A stretch of 64,000 nt of DNA, taken from positions 172,020-236,019 of the forward strand of contig JALRHH010000001.1 in the NCBI GenBank assembly GCA_023253175.1. Reading direction: 5' to 3'. This document shows, one piece after another, positions 1 to 12,118 of this stretch. A program made the position numbers and the translations under genes. Position 1 is the first letter of the stretch. Each line of letters starts with the position of its first letter. This DNA is from Candidatus Saccharimonadia bacterium (lineage in GTDB: Bacteria; Patescibacteriota; Saccharimonadia; Saccharimonadales; JALRHH01). The notes beneath the pieces are model-generated. The model was not told where the DNA came from, did no database searches, and saw only the letters and a program-made list of their open reading frames with translations.

Positions 1-1
1 T

Positions 2-712
2 GGCAGCGGCAACTTTATTCCAGGATTTGAAGAAAACGTTGTAGGCATGAAGGCCAAGGAAGAGAAGACATTTGATGTTACATTCCCGGCTGACTACCAT
101 GCAAAAGCGCTTGCTAAGAAAAAGGTTAGCTTCACTGTTACCGCTAACAAGGTTCAGGAAGTTGTGGCTCCAAAACTGGACGATGCATTCGCTGCTACGG
201 TGGGTCCATTTGAATCTCTGAAGCAGCTTAAGGATGATATTAAAAAGCAGCTAACGACGGAGCGTCAGAATGAAGCTGATCGTCAGTTCGAAGCTGATTT
301 GATCGGTGAGATTGTCGAAAAGACCAAAGTTGCACTTCCGAAGGCGCTTGTTGAAGAGCAGATTGACAAGATTGAGGCTCAAGAAAAGCAGAGTCTTATG
401 TACCGTGGTCAAACATGGGAAGAGCACCTCACGGAAGAAGGTGTTACTGCCGAAGAGCACCGTGAACAGAAGCGTGCAGAAGCAGAGAAGAGTATTCGCG
501 CTAGCTTGATGCTTGCTGAAGTTGCGGAGAAAGAAAAGCTTGATTTCACAACCGAAGAAGTTGTTGCTCGTATCGAAAGCCTTAAGCAGCAGTACAATGA
601 TCCTGGGATGCAGGCAGAACTCGACAAACCAGAGAATCAGCGTGACATTGCATCCCGCATCTTAACCGAAAAAACTGTTGCGAAACTTGTCAGTTACGCA
701 ACTAAGAAGTAG
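2..712 (+). CDS. tig: Trigger factor, C-terminal part (N-terminus lies upstream of the window)
   Basis: Frame is open from base 2 (GSGNFIPGFEENVVGMKAKEEKTF...), matching the end of the trigger-factor PPIase domain plus the C-terminal arm. Stop at 710-712. Confidence 0.85.
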   Translation, partial: GSGNFIPGFEENVVGMKAKEEKTFDVTFPADYHAKALAKKKVSFTVTANKVQEVVAPKLDDAFAATVGPFESLKQLKDDIKKQLTTERQNEADRQFEADLIGEIVEKTKVALPKALVEEQIDKIEAQEKQSLMYRGQTWEEHLTEEGVTAEEHREQKRAEAEKSIRASLMLAEVAEKEKLDFTTEEVVARIESLKQQYNDPGMQAELDKPENQRDIASRILTEKTVAKLVSYATKK

Positions 713-1319
713 GACTACTTCCTCTTCGTAGTAGCTCGTTATTGACGGCCATTTTTATTCCTAAATACAGTGTTTGTACATCATAAGAGAGACTGGCGTT
801 GACATGGTCCTCTATATCCATTGATAAGCGTTGTTCGACTGGGTTGCCGTATCCGCCTGTATGACACAGTAGCCCATAGCGGGAGAAGAGGCCTCGTTTG
901 GCTGGCATGACTATATCGTCATGCTGTGCTAGAAGATTTCTTCCCTCTAGGGTTTTGCTTGCTTGCGTTCGTAAGTCTTCATATTCTTCGGGGATAAGGG
1001 GTCTTGAGCCAAAAAAACTCATCTGACCATTTCTTATGGCTGCGAGCTGTGAAAGTTCATCAATACCTTTATCGCGGAACCACTGCGCGAGGCCACCAAG
1101 AATGATGCCGTTATCATCCAGTGTGCGGATTTTCTTCATAGTGAAGGTTTCGGCGTTTTTGCCTGTTCGTTCCTGGTGAAAGTAGAGTTTACCTGGTTCT
1201 GCAAATGATAGTTCGGCAACTACAGAGGCACCCAGATCAAGGGGCGAGAGCAGTGAGCCAAGGGTAATATCTACCGCACGCTTTTGTTTTGAATGTAAAT
1301 ACTCTGCACCAGATTTCAT
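702..1319 (-). CDS. Bacterial sugar transferase family protein (polyprenyl-phosphate glycosyl-1-phosphate transferase type)
   Basis: 205-aa ORF with KRAVDI..., FHQERTGKN, KIRT and G.MSFFGSRP motifs typical of WbaP/WcaJ C-terminal-domain transferases. Convergent with tig, 11-nt overlap. Confidence 0.7.
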   Translation of the reverse strand: MKSGAEYLHSKQKRAVDITLGSLLSPLDLGASVVAELSFAEPGKLYFHQERTGKNAETFTMKKIRTLDDNGIILGGLAQWFRDKGIDELSQLAAIRNGQMSFFGSRPLIPEEYEDLRTQASKTLEGRNLLAQHDDIVMPAKRGLFSRYGLLCHTGGYGNPVEQRLSMDIEDHVNASLSYDVQTLYLGIKMAVNNELLRRGSSPTS

Positions 1320-1379
1320 TACGCGTAATTTTACAATATAAAATATATTATTTCAAATAGTACGTGTTATACTTCACGC

Positions 1380-1586
1380 ATGAAGTCAATAATGTCTGAT
1401 AATCTAAGCGAGATTGAGCGTGACCCAATGGTGCTTGTGGTAGGTGCCGTCAATAGCGTTATAAATTTGGGTCGTATTGCGAATGGCATCATACATTTTG
1501 ATCCTCATCCTGATGCAGAGGGTCCTACGTTATTGCCAGGTATGTCACAAGCAATTCAGGAAATTCGTATACGAAGGCGTGGATAA
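1380..1586 (+). CDS. Hypothetical small protein (68 aa)
   Basis: ORF preceded by TGtTATACT (1365-1373) 6 nt before the ATG. No SD and no recognisable domain. Confidence 0.4.
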   Translation: MKSIMSDNLSEIERDPMVLVVGAVNSVINLGRIANGIIHFDPHPDAEGPTLLPGMSQAIQEIRIRRRG

Positions 1587-1712
1587 TCTCAATCTAAAAA
1601 AATCTGGTTGCTGGCACTGTACGATTATCAGATAACCGAAGTGTGTTATTGAAGTAGCTTGCTTACCCAAAATCTGTGTATTCCATAATAATATTGTAAT
1701 ATACAAGAAAAG

Positions 1713-2057
1713 TTGTATAATATGTTTGAAATGAGCGAAGGAAATGAACTGTACTGGATGATGCCGCGCGGCGAAGCGCAGCTACTGTTAAACACGCATA
1801 CCATTGATTTTGGCAATATTGCTCATAAAGCACTACTAAAGCGGGCCATTAGCAACTCGCTTCGCCTTAATCAGGCAAGTAAACGGCACGGCGTTGATAC
1901 GGAAGTGCTTGTAAGTGTTAGTAACGACCTAATGCATAATATTGTAAGTAGTCTTGAAGATGCAGACATCTATGATACGCCAAGTGTCTTTCAGTATGGC
2001 GAAGAGGTATTAGAAATTGTTGACACGTGGAAGCTTGCGCAGCTGCCTAGGCTTTAA
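1713..2057 (+). CDS. Hypothetical protein (up to 114 aa; real start probably ATG 1722 or 1731)
   Basis: The ORF-track start is TTG. TATAAT lies at 1716-1721 inside the 5' end, so ATG 1731 is a plausible leaderless start. No recognisable domain. Confidence 0.4.
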   Translation: MYNMFEMSEGNELYWMMPRGEAQLLLNTHTIDFGNIAHKALLKRAISNSLRLNQASKRHGVDTEVLVSVSNDLMHNIVSSLEDADIYDTPSVFQYGEEVLEIVDTWKLAQLPRL

Positions 2058-2068
2058 GGATTACGGTC

Positions 2069-2518
2069 ATGGAAGCAACTAGTGGACACGAGAAATATCT
2101 AAAATACACTCAATCAACACTGGCTGCAGCTTTTCTTCTAGGTATTATTCTTAATAATATACCTGACCCTACAATTGAGTGGGCACCTTCTCCTGTGCCG
2201 AGTAAACCTCCTGCAGCATCCGAGCCAGTGCTATATTGTTCGATTCTGCCCAAGCCCTTTCATATAGACTTCACTTCCAAGCTTACAACTGTTGAAGTAC
2301 GTAGGGTCGATGGAGTTTCAAGTGAACTTGTAATTCACTCGGATGGCAATATGGTTATGGCCGCAAGAAACCCAGATAATCTTCCAGTTGATGAGTTGTC
2401 ATTTACGGAGCCTGAAACTTTTGATCAGGACACAGTCACTATTCAAATGCTAACTGGCGGGGCGGATTGGATTATAAAAGCTTCGCCTTCTGGTATGGAT
2501 CTTGAAGGCTACTGCTAG
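2069..2518 (+). CDS. Hypothetical membrane-anchored protein (149 aa)
   Basis: ORF with one N-terminal hydrophobic segment (LAAAFLLGIILNNI) followed by a Pro-rich linker. No recognisable domain. Confidence 0.45.
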   Translation: MEATSGHEKYLKYTQSTLAAAFLLGIILNNIPDPTIEWAPSPVPSKPPAASEPVLYCSILPKPFHIDFTSKLTTVEVRRVDGVSSELVIHSDGNMVMAARNPDNLPVDELSFTEPETFDQDTVTIQMLTGGADWIIKASPSGMDLEGYC

Positions 2519-2534
2519 CTTAGTATATTAATAA

Positions 2535-2570
2535 TTAGCACTCGGCATTGACGAGTGCTAATTTTATTTC
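2535..2570 (+). terminator. Intrinsic terminator-like hairpin after the 149-aa ORF
   Basis: 10-bp perfect stem TTAGCACTCG (2535-44) / CGAGTGCTAA (2552-61), followed by TTTTATTT. Confidence 0.6.
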
Positions 2571-2576
2571 TATACT
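2548..2576 (+). promoter_or_regulatory. Candidate sigma70-type promoter of clpP, overlapping the hairpin
   Basis: TTGACG (2548-53), 17 nt spacer, TATACT (2571-76). SD AAGGAG lies upstream of ATG 2604. Confidence 0.5.
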
Positions 2577-2603
2577 GGTTGTAGTTAAGGAGAAAAAACT
2601 ACA

Positions 2604-3197
2604 ATGCCTTTAGTCCCAACCGTTATTGAATCCGATGGCCGCATGGAGCGCGCTTATGATATTTACTCTCGTTTATTAAAAGACCGAATCATCTTCCTGG
2701 GTGATGGTGTCAACGAGCACACTGCTAACCTTATCGTTGCGCAGCTCTTATTCCTAGACAACCAGGACTCGAAGAAAGACATTTATCTATATATCAACAG
2801 TCCTGGTGGTAGCGTGTATGACGCACTAGCAATTTATGACACGATGAACTTCGTTAAGGCTGATGTGCAAACGGTTGGTATCGGTGTGCAGGCATCTGCA
2901 GCTGCGTTCCTGTTAAGTAGTGGTGCGAAGGGTAAGCGATTCTTACTTCCTAACTCAACAGTGATGATTCACCAGCCAAGTTCTGGTACTCGTGGTAAGG
3001 TCACGGACCAAGAAATCGATCTCAAGGAATCGCTCCGTATCAAGGGGCTCCTTGAAGACATAATGGTCAAGAATACCGGCCAGAAGAAATCACAGATTCA
3101 CGAAGACATGGAGCGTGACCGCTGGATGACCGCCGACGAAGCCAAAAAGTACGGTATCGTTGATGAAATCATTAAGACACTACCGAAGGAAAAATAA
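2604..3197 (+). CDS. clpP: ATP-dependent Clp protease proteolytic subunit
   Basis: 197 aa. [22 protein letters not shown], active-site Ser context ([11 protein letters not shown]) and MIHQP His motif. Confidence 0.95.
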   Translation: MPLVPTVIESDGRMERAYDIYSRLLKDRIIFLGDGVNEHTANLIVAQLLFLDNQDSKKDIYLYINSPGGSVYDALAIYDTMNFVKADVQTVGIGVQASAAAFLLSSGAKGKRFLLPNSTVMIHQPSSGTRGKVTDQEIDLKESLRIKGLLEDIMVKNTGQKKSQIHEDMERDRWMTADEAKKYGIVDEIIKTLPKEK

Positions 3198-3199
3198 TC

Positions 3200-3442
3200 A
3201 TGCAACCCGGAAATATTGACCTGAACTACCTCGTGCCAACGGTTGCTGCTGACGGCAATGCAGTGTTCATTAACGAGCATGGCGTGCCAACGCTGGTATT
3301 TTTTGAGGGCAGACGTCAGGACGAATCTGGCCTGAAGGCAGATGTTGTAGCTTCGATCCGCATTGCCAGCATAGAGGATCTGAAGGCATTCCAGAATGCG
3401 ATTTCAGATACCATCAAACAGCACGAAACCCGCGAAAAATAA
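3200..3442 (+). CDS. Hypothetical protein (80 aa) translationally coupled to clpP
   Basis: ATG lies 2 nt after the clpP stop. It occupies the position where clpX usually sits. No recognisable domain. Confidence 0.45.
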   Translation: MQPGNIDLNYLVPTVAADGNAVFINEHGVPTLVFFEGRRQDESGLKADVVASIRIASIEDLKAFQNAISDTIKQHETREK

Positions 3443-4144
3443 TTAATAGTCTGACGGATCGTAGAAGTATTTCTTTTCCATAAAGGCATCTGCTTCGCCT
3501 TTGGCTAGGCGGGTAATTGCTGGTACTGACTGAAACACCTTATCTTTGGTAGATAGTTCTTCAAGTGACATCCATTCGTTATGATGGCCCTCGTCATCTA
3601 CAATCAGTGTGCCTTTGGGGTTGGTTCCGTACACGATACAGAAAAGCTTATCTTCTAGCATGTCGCCGTCAGTGGTGTAATCCATTTTGTGATAGAACCC
3701 GGCGACTTTTAGATCTGCAGTGAGGCCGGTTTCTTCCATAAGTTCACGGGCGGCGCCTTCAACGAAGGTTTCGCCCCACTTGAGTTTACCGGTCGGACGA
3801 CCCCAGTATCCAAAGTAAGGTTGCTTTAAACGTTGCTGCGTAAGGAATTTGCCGTCCTCGTTTTCAACGATCAGCCCAACGGATAGCTTGGGCTGTTTTT
3901 CCATGGTGTGGGTGTCTGTATCGAGCTTATTTGAGTGTTCTTTACCCCTAATAGTAAGCGTATACTTACCGCTTTCTGTTTTCTCTACGTAACCCAGCTC
4001 AACTAAGCGACCAATATGAAATTTGAAATGGTCGCTATCGAGGCTTGTCGGCTTTTGTAGTTCTGCGAACCCGGCCTCCGGGTGAAATAGTAATTCCCGT
4101 AGTATTTTGGTTTGTGCTTCGTGGATGTTTACTTCGTGGCTCAT
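3443..4144 (-). CDS. Winged-helix (MarR/ArsR-like) N-terminal domain fused to a Nudix hydrolase
   Basis: Intact Nudix box GKLKWGETFVEGAARELMEETGL (GX5EX7REUXEEXGU). N-terminal segment TKILRELLF...HIGRLVELGYVEK is wHTH-like. Start moved to ATG 4144 (MSHEVNIHEA), which has GGAGA 5 nt upstream; the ORF track extends to 4198. Confidence 0.75.
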   Translation of the reverse strand: MSHEVNIHEAQTKILRELLFHPEAGFAELQKPTSLDSDHFKFHIGRLVELGYVEKTESGKYTLTIRGKEHSNKLDTDTHTMEKQPKLSVGLIVENEDGKFLTQQRLKQPYFGYWGRPTGKLKWGETFVEGAARELMEETGLTADLKVAGFYHKMDYTTDGDMLEDKLFCIVYGTNPKGTLIVDDEGHHNEWMSLEELSTKDKVFQSVPAITRLAKGEADAFMEKKYFYDPSDY

Positions 4145-4237
4145 ATGATCTCCGTCTTTCATTAGTTTGACAGGAGCATAGCAATATAAAAAGCCCATTT
4201 CTAGGGAAGCCTACTTCCGCTGATATACAATAGTTAT

Positions 4238-4516
4238 ATGGGAAAGACGCTTGAAGAACAACAGCTGCTAAAGCAAGAGCTTGAACAGGCTGAACAACAT
4301 ATTGAAGTAGGTGCACAGTATCGTCACTATAAGGCAGCACATAAGATATACAAGGTGCTGCATTTGGCATTTCAAGAAGAAGATAATGAGTTAAGCGTCA
4401 TCTACCAAGCGGAATATGACGAACGTCTTATATTTATTAGGCCAGTGCTATCATGGTTAGAGGACGTCGAGTGGGAAGGCGAGACAGTGCCGAGATTTAG
4501 CAGGCTCGAATCATAG
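4238..4516 (+). CDS. DUF1653-like small protein (92 aa)
   Basis: YRHYK...YKVL.LA..EE..ELSVIYQAEY....IFIRP pattern resembles the DUF1653 family. TGaTATACAAT lies 6-8 nt before the ATG. Confidence 0.6.
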   Translation: MGKTLEEQQLLKQELEQAEQHIEVGAQYRHYKAAHKIYKVLHLAFQEEDNELSVIYQAEYDERLIFIRPVLSWLEDVEWEGETVPRFSRLES

Positions 4517-4537
4517 AAATAACAGTTATAAAAGGTA

Positions 4538-4566
4538 TTGACTCGTTGTAGTTTTTGCCCCATACT
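4538..4566 (+). promoter_or_regulatory. Candidate promoter for rpoBC
   Basis: TTGACT (4538-43), 17 nt spacer, CATACT (4561-66). Implies a leader of about 180 nt. Confidence 0.4.
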
Positions 4567-4681
4567 AGTGGATAAGAAGTAGGGTACTGGGATTCGATGT
4601 GTCATCAAACAGATATAAATCGAATCGTCATGTAGAAATCTTCGCGCGAAAAACCATTCTAAATAAAAACCACTTGTGATG

Positions 4682-4706
4682 ATCCAGCGGTAATTGCTGG
4701 ATTTTG
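4682..4706 (+). promoter_or_regulatory. Terminator-like hairpin in the rpoB leader (possible attenuator)
   Basis: ATCCAGC (4682-88) / GCTGGAT (4696-4702) with a 7-nt loop, followed by TTTT, 47 nt before the rpoB ATG. Confidence 0.35.
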
Positions 4707-4752
4707 CTCGTAAAAAACCATCATCAATCCATAACGTGGGAGTATTGTCTCT

Positions 4753-8160
<3,408 letters not shown>

Positions 8161-8161
8161 T

Positions 8162-11100
8162 ATGCGACGATACTCATACGGAACTAACATTGCTGACTTT
8201 GACGCGGTCCGTTTGGCCGTTGCCAGCCCAGAAGACATCCTCGACTGGAGCTACGGTGAAGTCACCAAGCCAGAAACGATTAACTATCGTACACAGAAGC
8301 CAGAACGTGATGGTCTCTTCTGTGAGCGTATCTTTGGTCCAGTAAAGGACATCAACCCACATGATGCGAAGTACAAGGGTGTTCGTTCACGCGAAGCTGC
8401 TGTTGATAAGAACGGCGAAATCGTAACGAAGTCTATCGTACGTCGTGAGCGCATGGGTCACATTACACTTGCAAGTCCTGTTGCACACATTTGGTTCCTC
8501 CGCGGTACGCCATCAGCCGTAGGTCTACTACTCGGCATGACCGTGAAGAGCCTCGAGCGTGTTGCGTACTTTGCGAGCTACATCATCAAGAGCGTAGACG
8601 TAGATAAGCGCGACCAGATGCTTGCCGACAAGGAAGCTGAATTTGCAGCTGCTAAGGAAGCAATCAAGGCTCGCTACGAAAAAGAAGCAGAAGCTGAAGA
8701 CGCTAACATGAAGGCTTTGGCCGAAATGCAGGCTAAGGAACTTGAGGAAGTTGAAGAGAACTTCACACTTCTCAAGGAACAGCTCAACAGCCTTGTTAAG
8801 CTCAGCCTGATCTCTGAAGGTGACTACCGCGCGCTTCCAGACGACCTTGCTGACATGATTACGGTTGGTATGGGTGGAGCTGCTCTAAAGGACATGCTTG
8901 AGGAAATTGACCTCGGCCAACTCATTGCTGAATTAACCGAAGAAGCTGAAGAAGCTAAGGGTCAGCGTAAGAAGAAGCTCCTAAAGCGCCTTCGTTTGCT
9001 CGAATCTATGCACCGTGCTGGCATCAAGCCATCAAGCATGTGTGTATCAGTTCTACCGGTAATTCCTCCAGATCTTCGTCCAATGGTACAGCTTACCGGT
9101 GGTCGTTTCGCGACCTCTGATCTTAACGACCTCTACCGCCGTGTGATCAACCGTAACAACCGTCTTAAGAAGCTTATCGAGCTTAACGCCCCAGAAGTTA
9201 TCCGCCGCAACGAGCAGCGTATGCTTCAGGAAGCAGTTGATGCTTTGATTGACAACAATAACGCCCGTTCTGGCCGTGCAGTTGCTGCAACTGGTCAACG
9301 CCGCCGCCTTAAGAGCCTGTCTGACATGCTCAAGGGTAAGCAGGGTCGTTTCCGCCAGAACCTTCTTGGTAAGCGTGTTGACTACTCTGGTCGTTCAGTT
9401 ATCGTGGCTGGTCCAGAGCTCAAGATCAACGAGTGTGGTCTTCCAAAGATGATGGCTCTTGAACTTTTCAAGCCATTCGTTATTGGTTGGCTGATCGCTA
9501 ACGAGCACGCACACAACATCCGTTCTGCAACTCGTATGATCGAAATGAACGAAACTGCTGTTTGGGATGGACTCGACGAAGTGATCAAGGGCAAGTACGT
9601 ACTTCTTAACCGTGCGCCTTCACTTCACCGTCTTTCAATCCAGGCATTCCAGCCTCGTTTGATCGAAGGTAAAGCTATCCAGCTGCACCCGCTCGTTTGT
9701 AAGGGATTCAACGCTGACTTCGATGGTGACCAGATGGCTGTTCACTTGCCACTCTCTGACGAAGCTCAGGCAGAGGCACGTGAGATCATGGCTAGCAACA
9801 AGAACCTCTTGAAGCCAGCTGATGGTACGCCAATCCTCCACATCGAGCAGGACATCGTGCTTGGCTGTTACTACCTCACATACGACCGATTTGCTGGCCA
9901 AAAGGCTAAGCCATACATGAGCGTTGCAGAAGCGATCATGGCGTTTGATGCACAGGTAATTAAGCTCCAGAGCCCGATCCGTGTACCATTCCGCGGTGAA
10001 ATCCGCGAAACAACACTCGGTAAGGTTATCTTCAACGAAATGTTCCCAGAAGATTTCCCATTCCAGTCTGACGCAATGACCAAGAAGAAGCTCAACCAGG
10101 TTATGGCACTTGCATACATCAAGTACGGCCAGGAAAAGACCGCCGAGATCGCCGACGAACTCAAGGATACCGGTTTCGAATACGCAACCAAGTCTGGTCT
10201 TTCAATGGGTATGGGTGACTTCAACAAGGTTGAAGGCATGGACGACGTTATTACCGAGGGTGAAGCTAAGACTGCGGCAATTGCTGATCAGTTCGACCAA
10301 GGATTCATCACCGAAGAAGAGCGCTTCCGTCTAACTGTAGACAACTGGACCAAGGTTGAAAACAAGGTTCAGGATCTTTTGGCCGAACAGCTGAAGGACG
10401 AAGACACTGCAACTGCGATCGCGATCACTTCTGGTGCTCGTGGTAACATCTCTCAGATGAAGAACGCAGTTGGTATGCTTGGAGTACTCCAGGATGCGGC
10501 TGGTAACCTTATCGAGCTTCCAATTAAGTCAGGTTACGTAAAGGGCCTCGAGCCACTCGAATACTTCACCGGTACTCGTGGTACTCGTAAGGCACTTATC
10601 GACATCGCACTTAAGACCGCGGATGCTGGTTACCTAACTCGTCGTCTAGTCGATGTGTCTCAGGACGTATTTACAATTGATGACGACATGAGCGACCCAG
10701 GATTTGCAATGCTCCGTGAAGACGCTGAATACATCGGTGTTTCATACGGTGCACGTCTTGTCGGCCGTTACGCTGCAGAAGACGTAAAGGGCTACATCAA
10801 GAAGCACGAAGTCTTTACGCACGAAATTGCACAGAAGATCGAAGATGACGCATCTATCGATGGTATCCGTATCATGAGCGCCCTCTCTGCGACATCTGTT
10901 CGCGGTGTGCCACAGCAGTCATACGGTGTTGATCCAGCGACTGGTAACTTGGTTGCGGGACACCACCCAATTGGTGTTATTGCGGCTCAGTCCATCGGTG
11001 AGCCTGGTACGCAGCTTTCACTTGACTCTAAGCACCGTTCAGGTGGTGCACTTGCAGATGACACTGCCCAAGGGTTGAACCGTATTGAAGAGCTTTTCGA

Positions 11101-12007
11101 AGCTCGTCAACCAAAGGGTCTCGCATTCCTTACTGACATCGCAGGTACTGCAAATGTTTGGGAAGAAGGCGACCACTACGTTGTTCAGATCAACGCGAGC
11201 GACACTGATCAGGTTGAACTCGAAATTGGTAACCGCAAGGCACACATTGCTTCTGGTTCAGAAGTAGCTATTGGTGATGTACTTGCAGCTGATGAGGGTG
11301 GTGACAATCCTGTTATCTCTCCAATGGCTGGTAAGGCTGAAATCAAGGGCGACACAGTTATCATCGTGCCAACCGCTAAGAGCGTTGTTAAGTACGAAAT
11401 CCCTGGCTACAAGCAATTGTTCGTCAAGGATGGTGACAAAGTTGTTGCTGGTCAGCGTTTGACCAACGGTTCTATCAACCTCCAGGACCTTATGGCCCTC
11501 CAGGGTGTTGAGCCAACTCAGCGCTACATCATGAACGAAATCCTTCGTATGTTCGCATCACAGGGTCAGGACGTGGCTGCTAAGCACCTTGAAATCATCG
11601 TGCGCCAGATGTTCAGCCGTGTTCAGATCGAAGATGCTGGTGACAGCGAATTCGTTACTGGTGACGTAGTATCTAAGCTTGCTGCTGTTGAAGCTAACGA
11701 GCGTCTTGCCGAAGAAGGCAAGCAGCCTGCTAAGTTCACCCAGCTGCTCCTTGGTATCACCAAGTCTTCACTATCAACTGACTCATTCTTGTCAGCTGCA
11801 TCATTCCAGGACACAACCCGCGTCTTGATCGCTGCTGCAACAAGTGGTAAGGTTGATAACCTCATCGGTCTTAAGGAAAACGTTATCCTTGGCCGTCGTA
11901 TCCCTGTCGGAACTGGCTACTTGCCAGACAGCGACGGCGATGGCTTCAGCGACACAGACGTTGCGTTTGCTGAAGAAGAGGTCCTCGAAGAAGGCCTCGC
12001 CGCGTAA
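8162..12007 (+). CDS. rpoC: DNA-directed RNA polymerase subunit beta'
   Basis: NADFDGDQM catalytic motif and full-length RpoC similarity. Start set to ATG 8162, 1 nt after the rpoB stop, with GGAGAGGAGG upstream. The 8135 ORF-track start lies inside rpoB. Confidence 0.97.
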   Translation: MRRYSYGTNIADFDAVRLAVASPEDILDWSYGEVTKPETINYRTQKPERDGLFCERIFGPVKDINPHDAKYKGVRSREAAVDKNGEIVTKSIVRRERMGHITLASPVAHIWFLRGTPSAVGLLLGMTVKSLERVAYFASYIIKSVDVDKRDQMLADKEAEFAAAKEAIKARYEKEAEAEDANMKALAEMQAKELEEVEENFTLLKEQLNSLVKLSLISEGDYRALPDDLADMITVGMGGAALKDMLEEIDLGQLIAELTEEAEEAKGQRKKKLLKRLRLLESMHRAGIKPSSMCVSVLPVIPPDLRPMVQLTGGRFATSDLNDLYRRVINRNNRLKKLIELNAPEVIRRNEQRMLQEAVDALIDNNNARSGRAVAATGQRRRLKSLSDMLKGKQGRFRQNLLGKRVDYSGRSVIVAGPELKINECGLPKMMALELFKPFVIGWLIANEHAHNIRSATRMIEMNETAVWDGLDEVIKGKYVLLNRAPSLHRLSIQAFQPRLIEGKAIQLHPLVCKGFNADFDGDQMAVHLPLSDEAQAEAREIMASNKNLLKPADGTPILHIEQDIVLGCYYLTYDRFAGQKAKPYMSVAEAIMAFDAQVIKLQSPIRVPFRGEIRETTLGKVIFNEMFPEDFPFQSDAMTKKKLNQVMALAYIKYGQEKTAEIADELKDTGFEYATKSGLSMGMGDFNKVEGMDDVITEGEAKTAAIADQFDQGFITEEERFRLTVDNWTKVENKVQDLLAEQLKDEDTATAIAITSGARGNISQMKNAVGMLGVLQDAAGNLIELPIKSGYVKGLEPLEYFTGTRGTRKALIDIALKTADAGYLTRRLVDVSQDVFTIDDDMSDPGFAMLREDAEYIGVSYGARLVGRYAAEDVKGYIKKHEVFTHEIAQKIEDDASIDGIRIMSALSATSVRGVPQQSYGVDPATGNLVAGHHPIGVIAAQSIGEPGTQLSLDSKHRSGGALADDTAQGLNRIEELFEARQPKGLAFLTDIAGTANVWEEGDHYVVQINASDTDQVELEIGNRKAHIASGSEVAIGDVLAADEGGDNPVISPMAGKAEIKGDTVIIVPTAKSVVKYEIPGYKQLFVKDGDKVVAGQRLTNGSINLQDLMALQGVEPTQRYIMNEILRMFASQGQDVAAKHLEIIVRQMFSRVQIEDAGDSEFVTGDVVSKLAAVEANERLAEEGKQPAKFTQLLLGITKSSLSTDSFLSAASFQDTTRVLIAAATSGKVDNLIGLKENVILGRRIPVGTGYLPDSDGDGFSDTDVAFAEEEVLEEGLAA

Positions 12008-12030
12008 CGTAAACGATACGCTGCAAATTC

Positions 12031-12066
12031 AAAACCCGCTTCATAACAGAGGCGGGTTTTGTTTGT
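12031..12066 (+). terminator. Intrinsic terminator after rpoC
   Basis: AAAACCCGC (12031-39) / GCGGGTTTT (12052-60) stem, then a T-rich tract. Confidence 0.7.
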
Positions 12067-12118
12067 GTTGTTAGGGCATAGCATGGCATTAATTGACATA
12101 GTATGGTATAATATAAGG

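Noticed and set aside
12093-12098. TTGACA as the -35 element for the 12119 gene.
   Set aside because: It lies only 8 nt upstream of the TATAAT hexamer, which is incompatible spacing. The extended -10 (TGn) probably acts without a -35.
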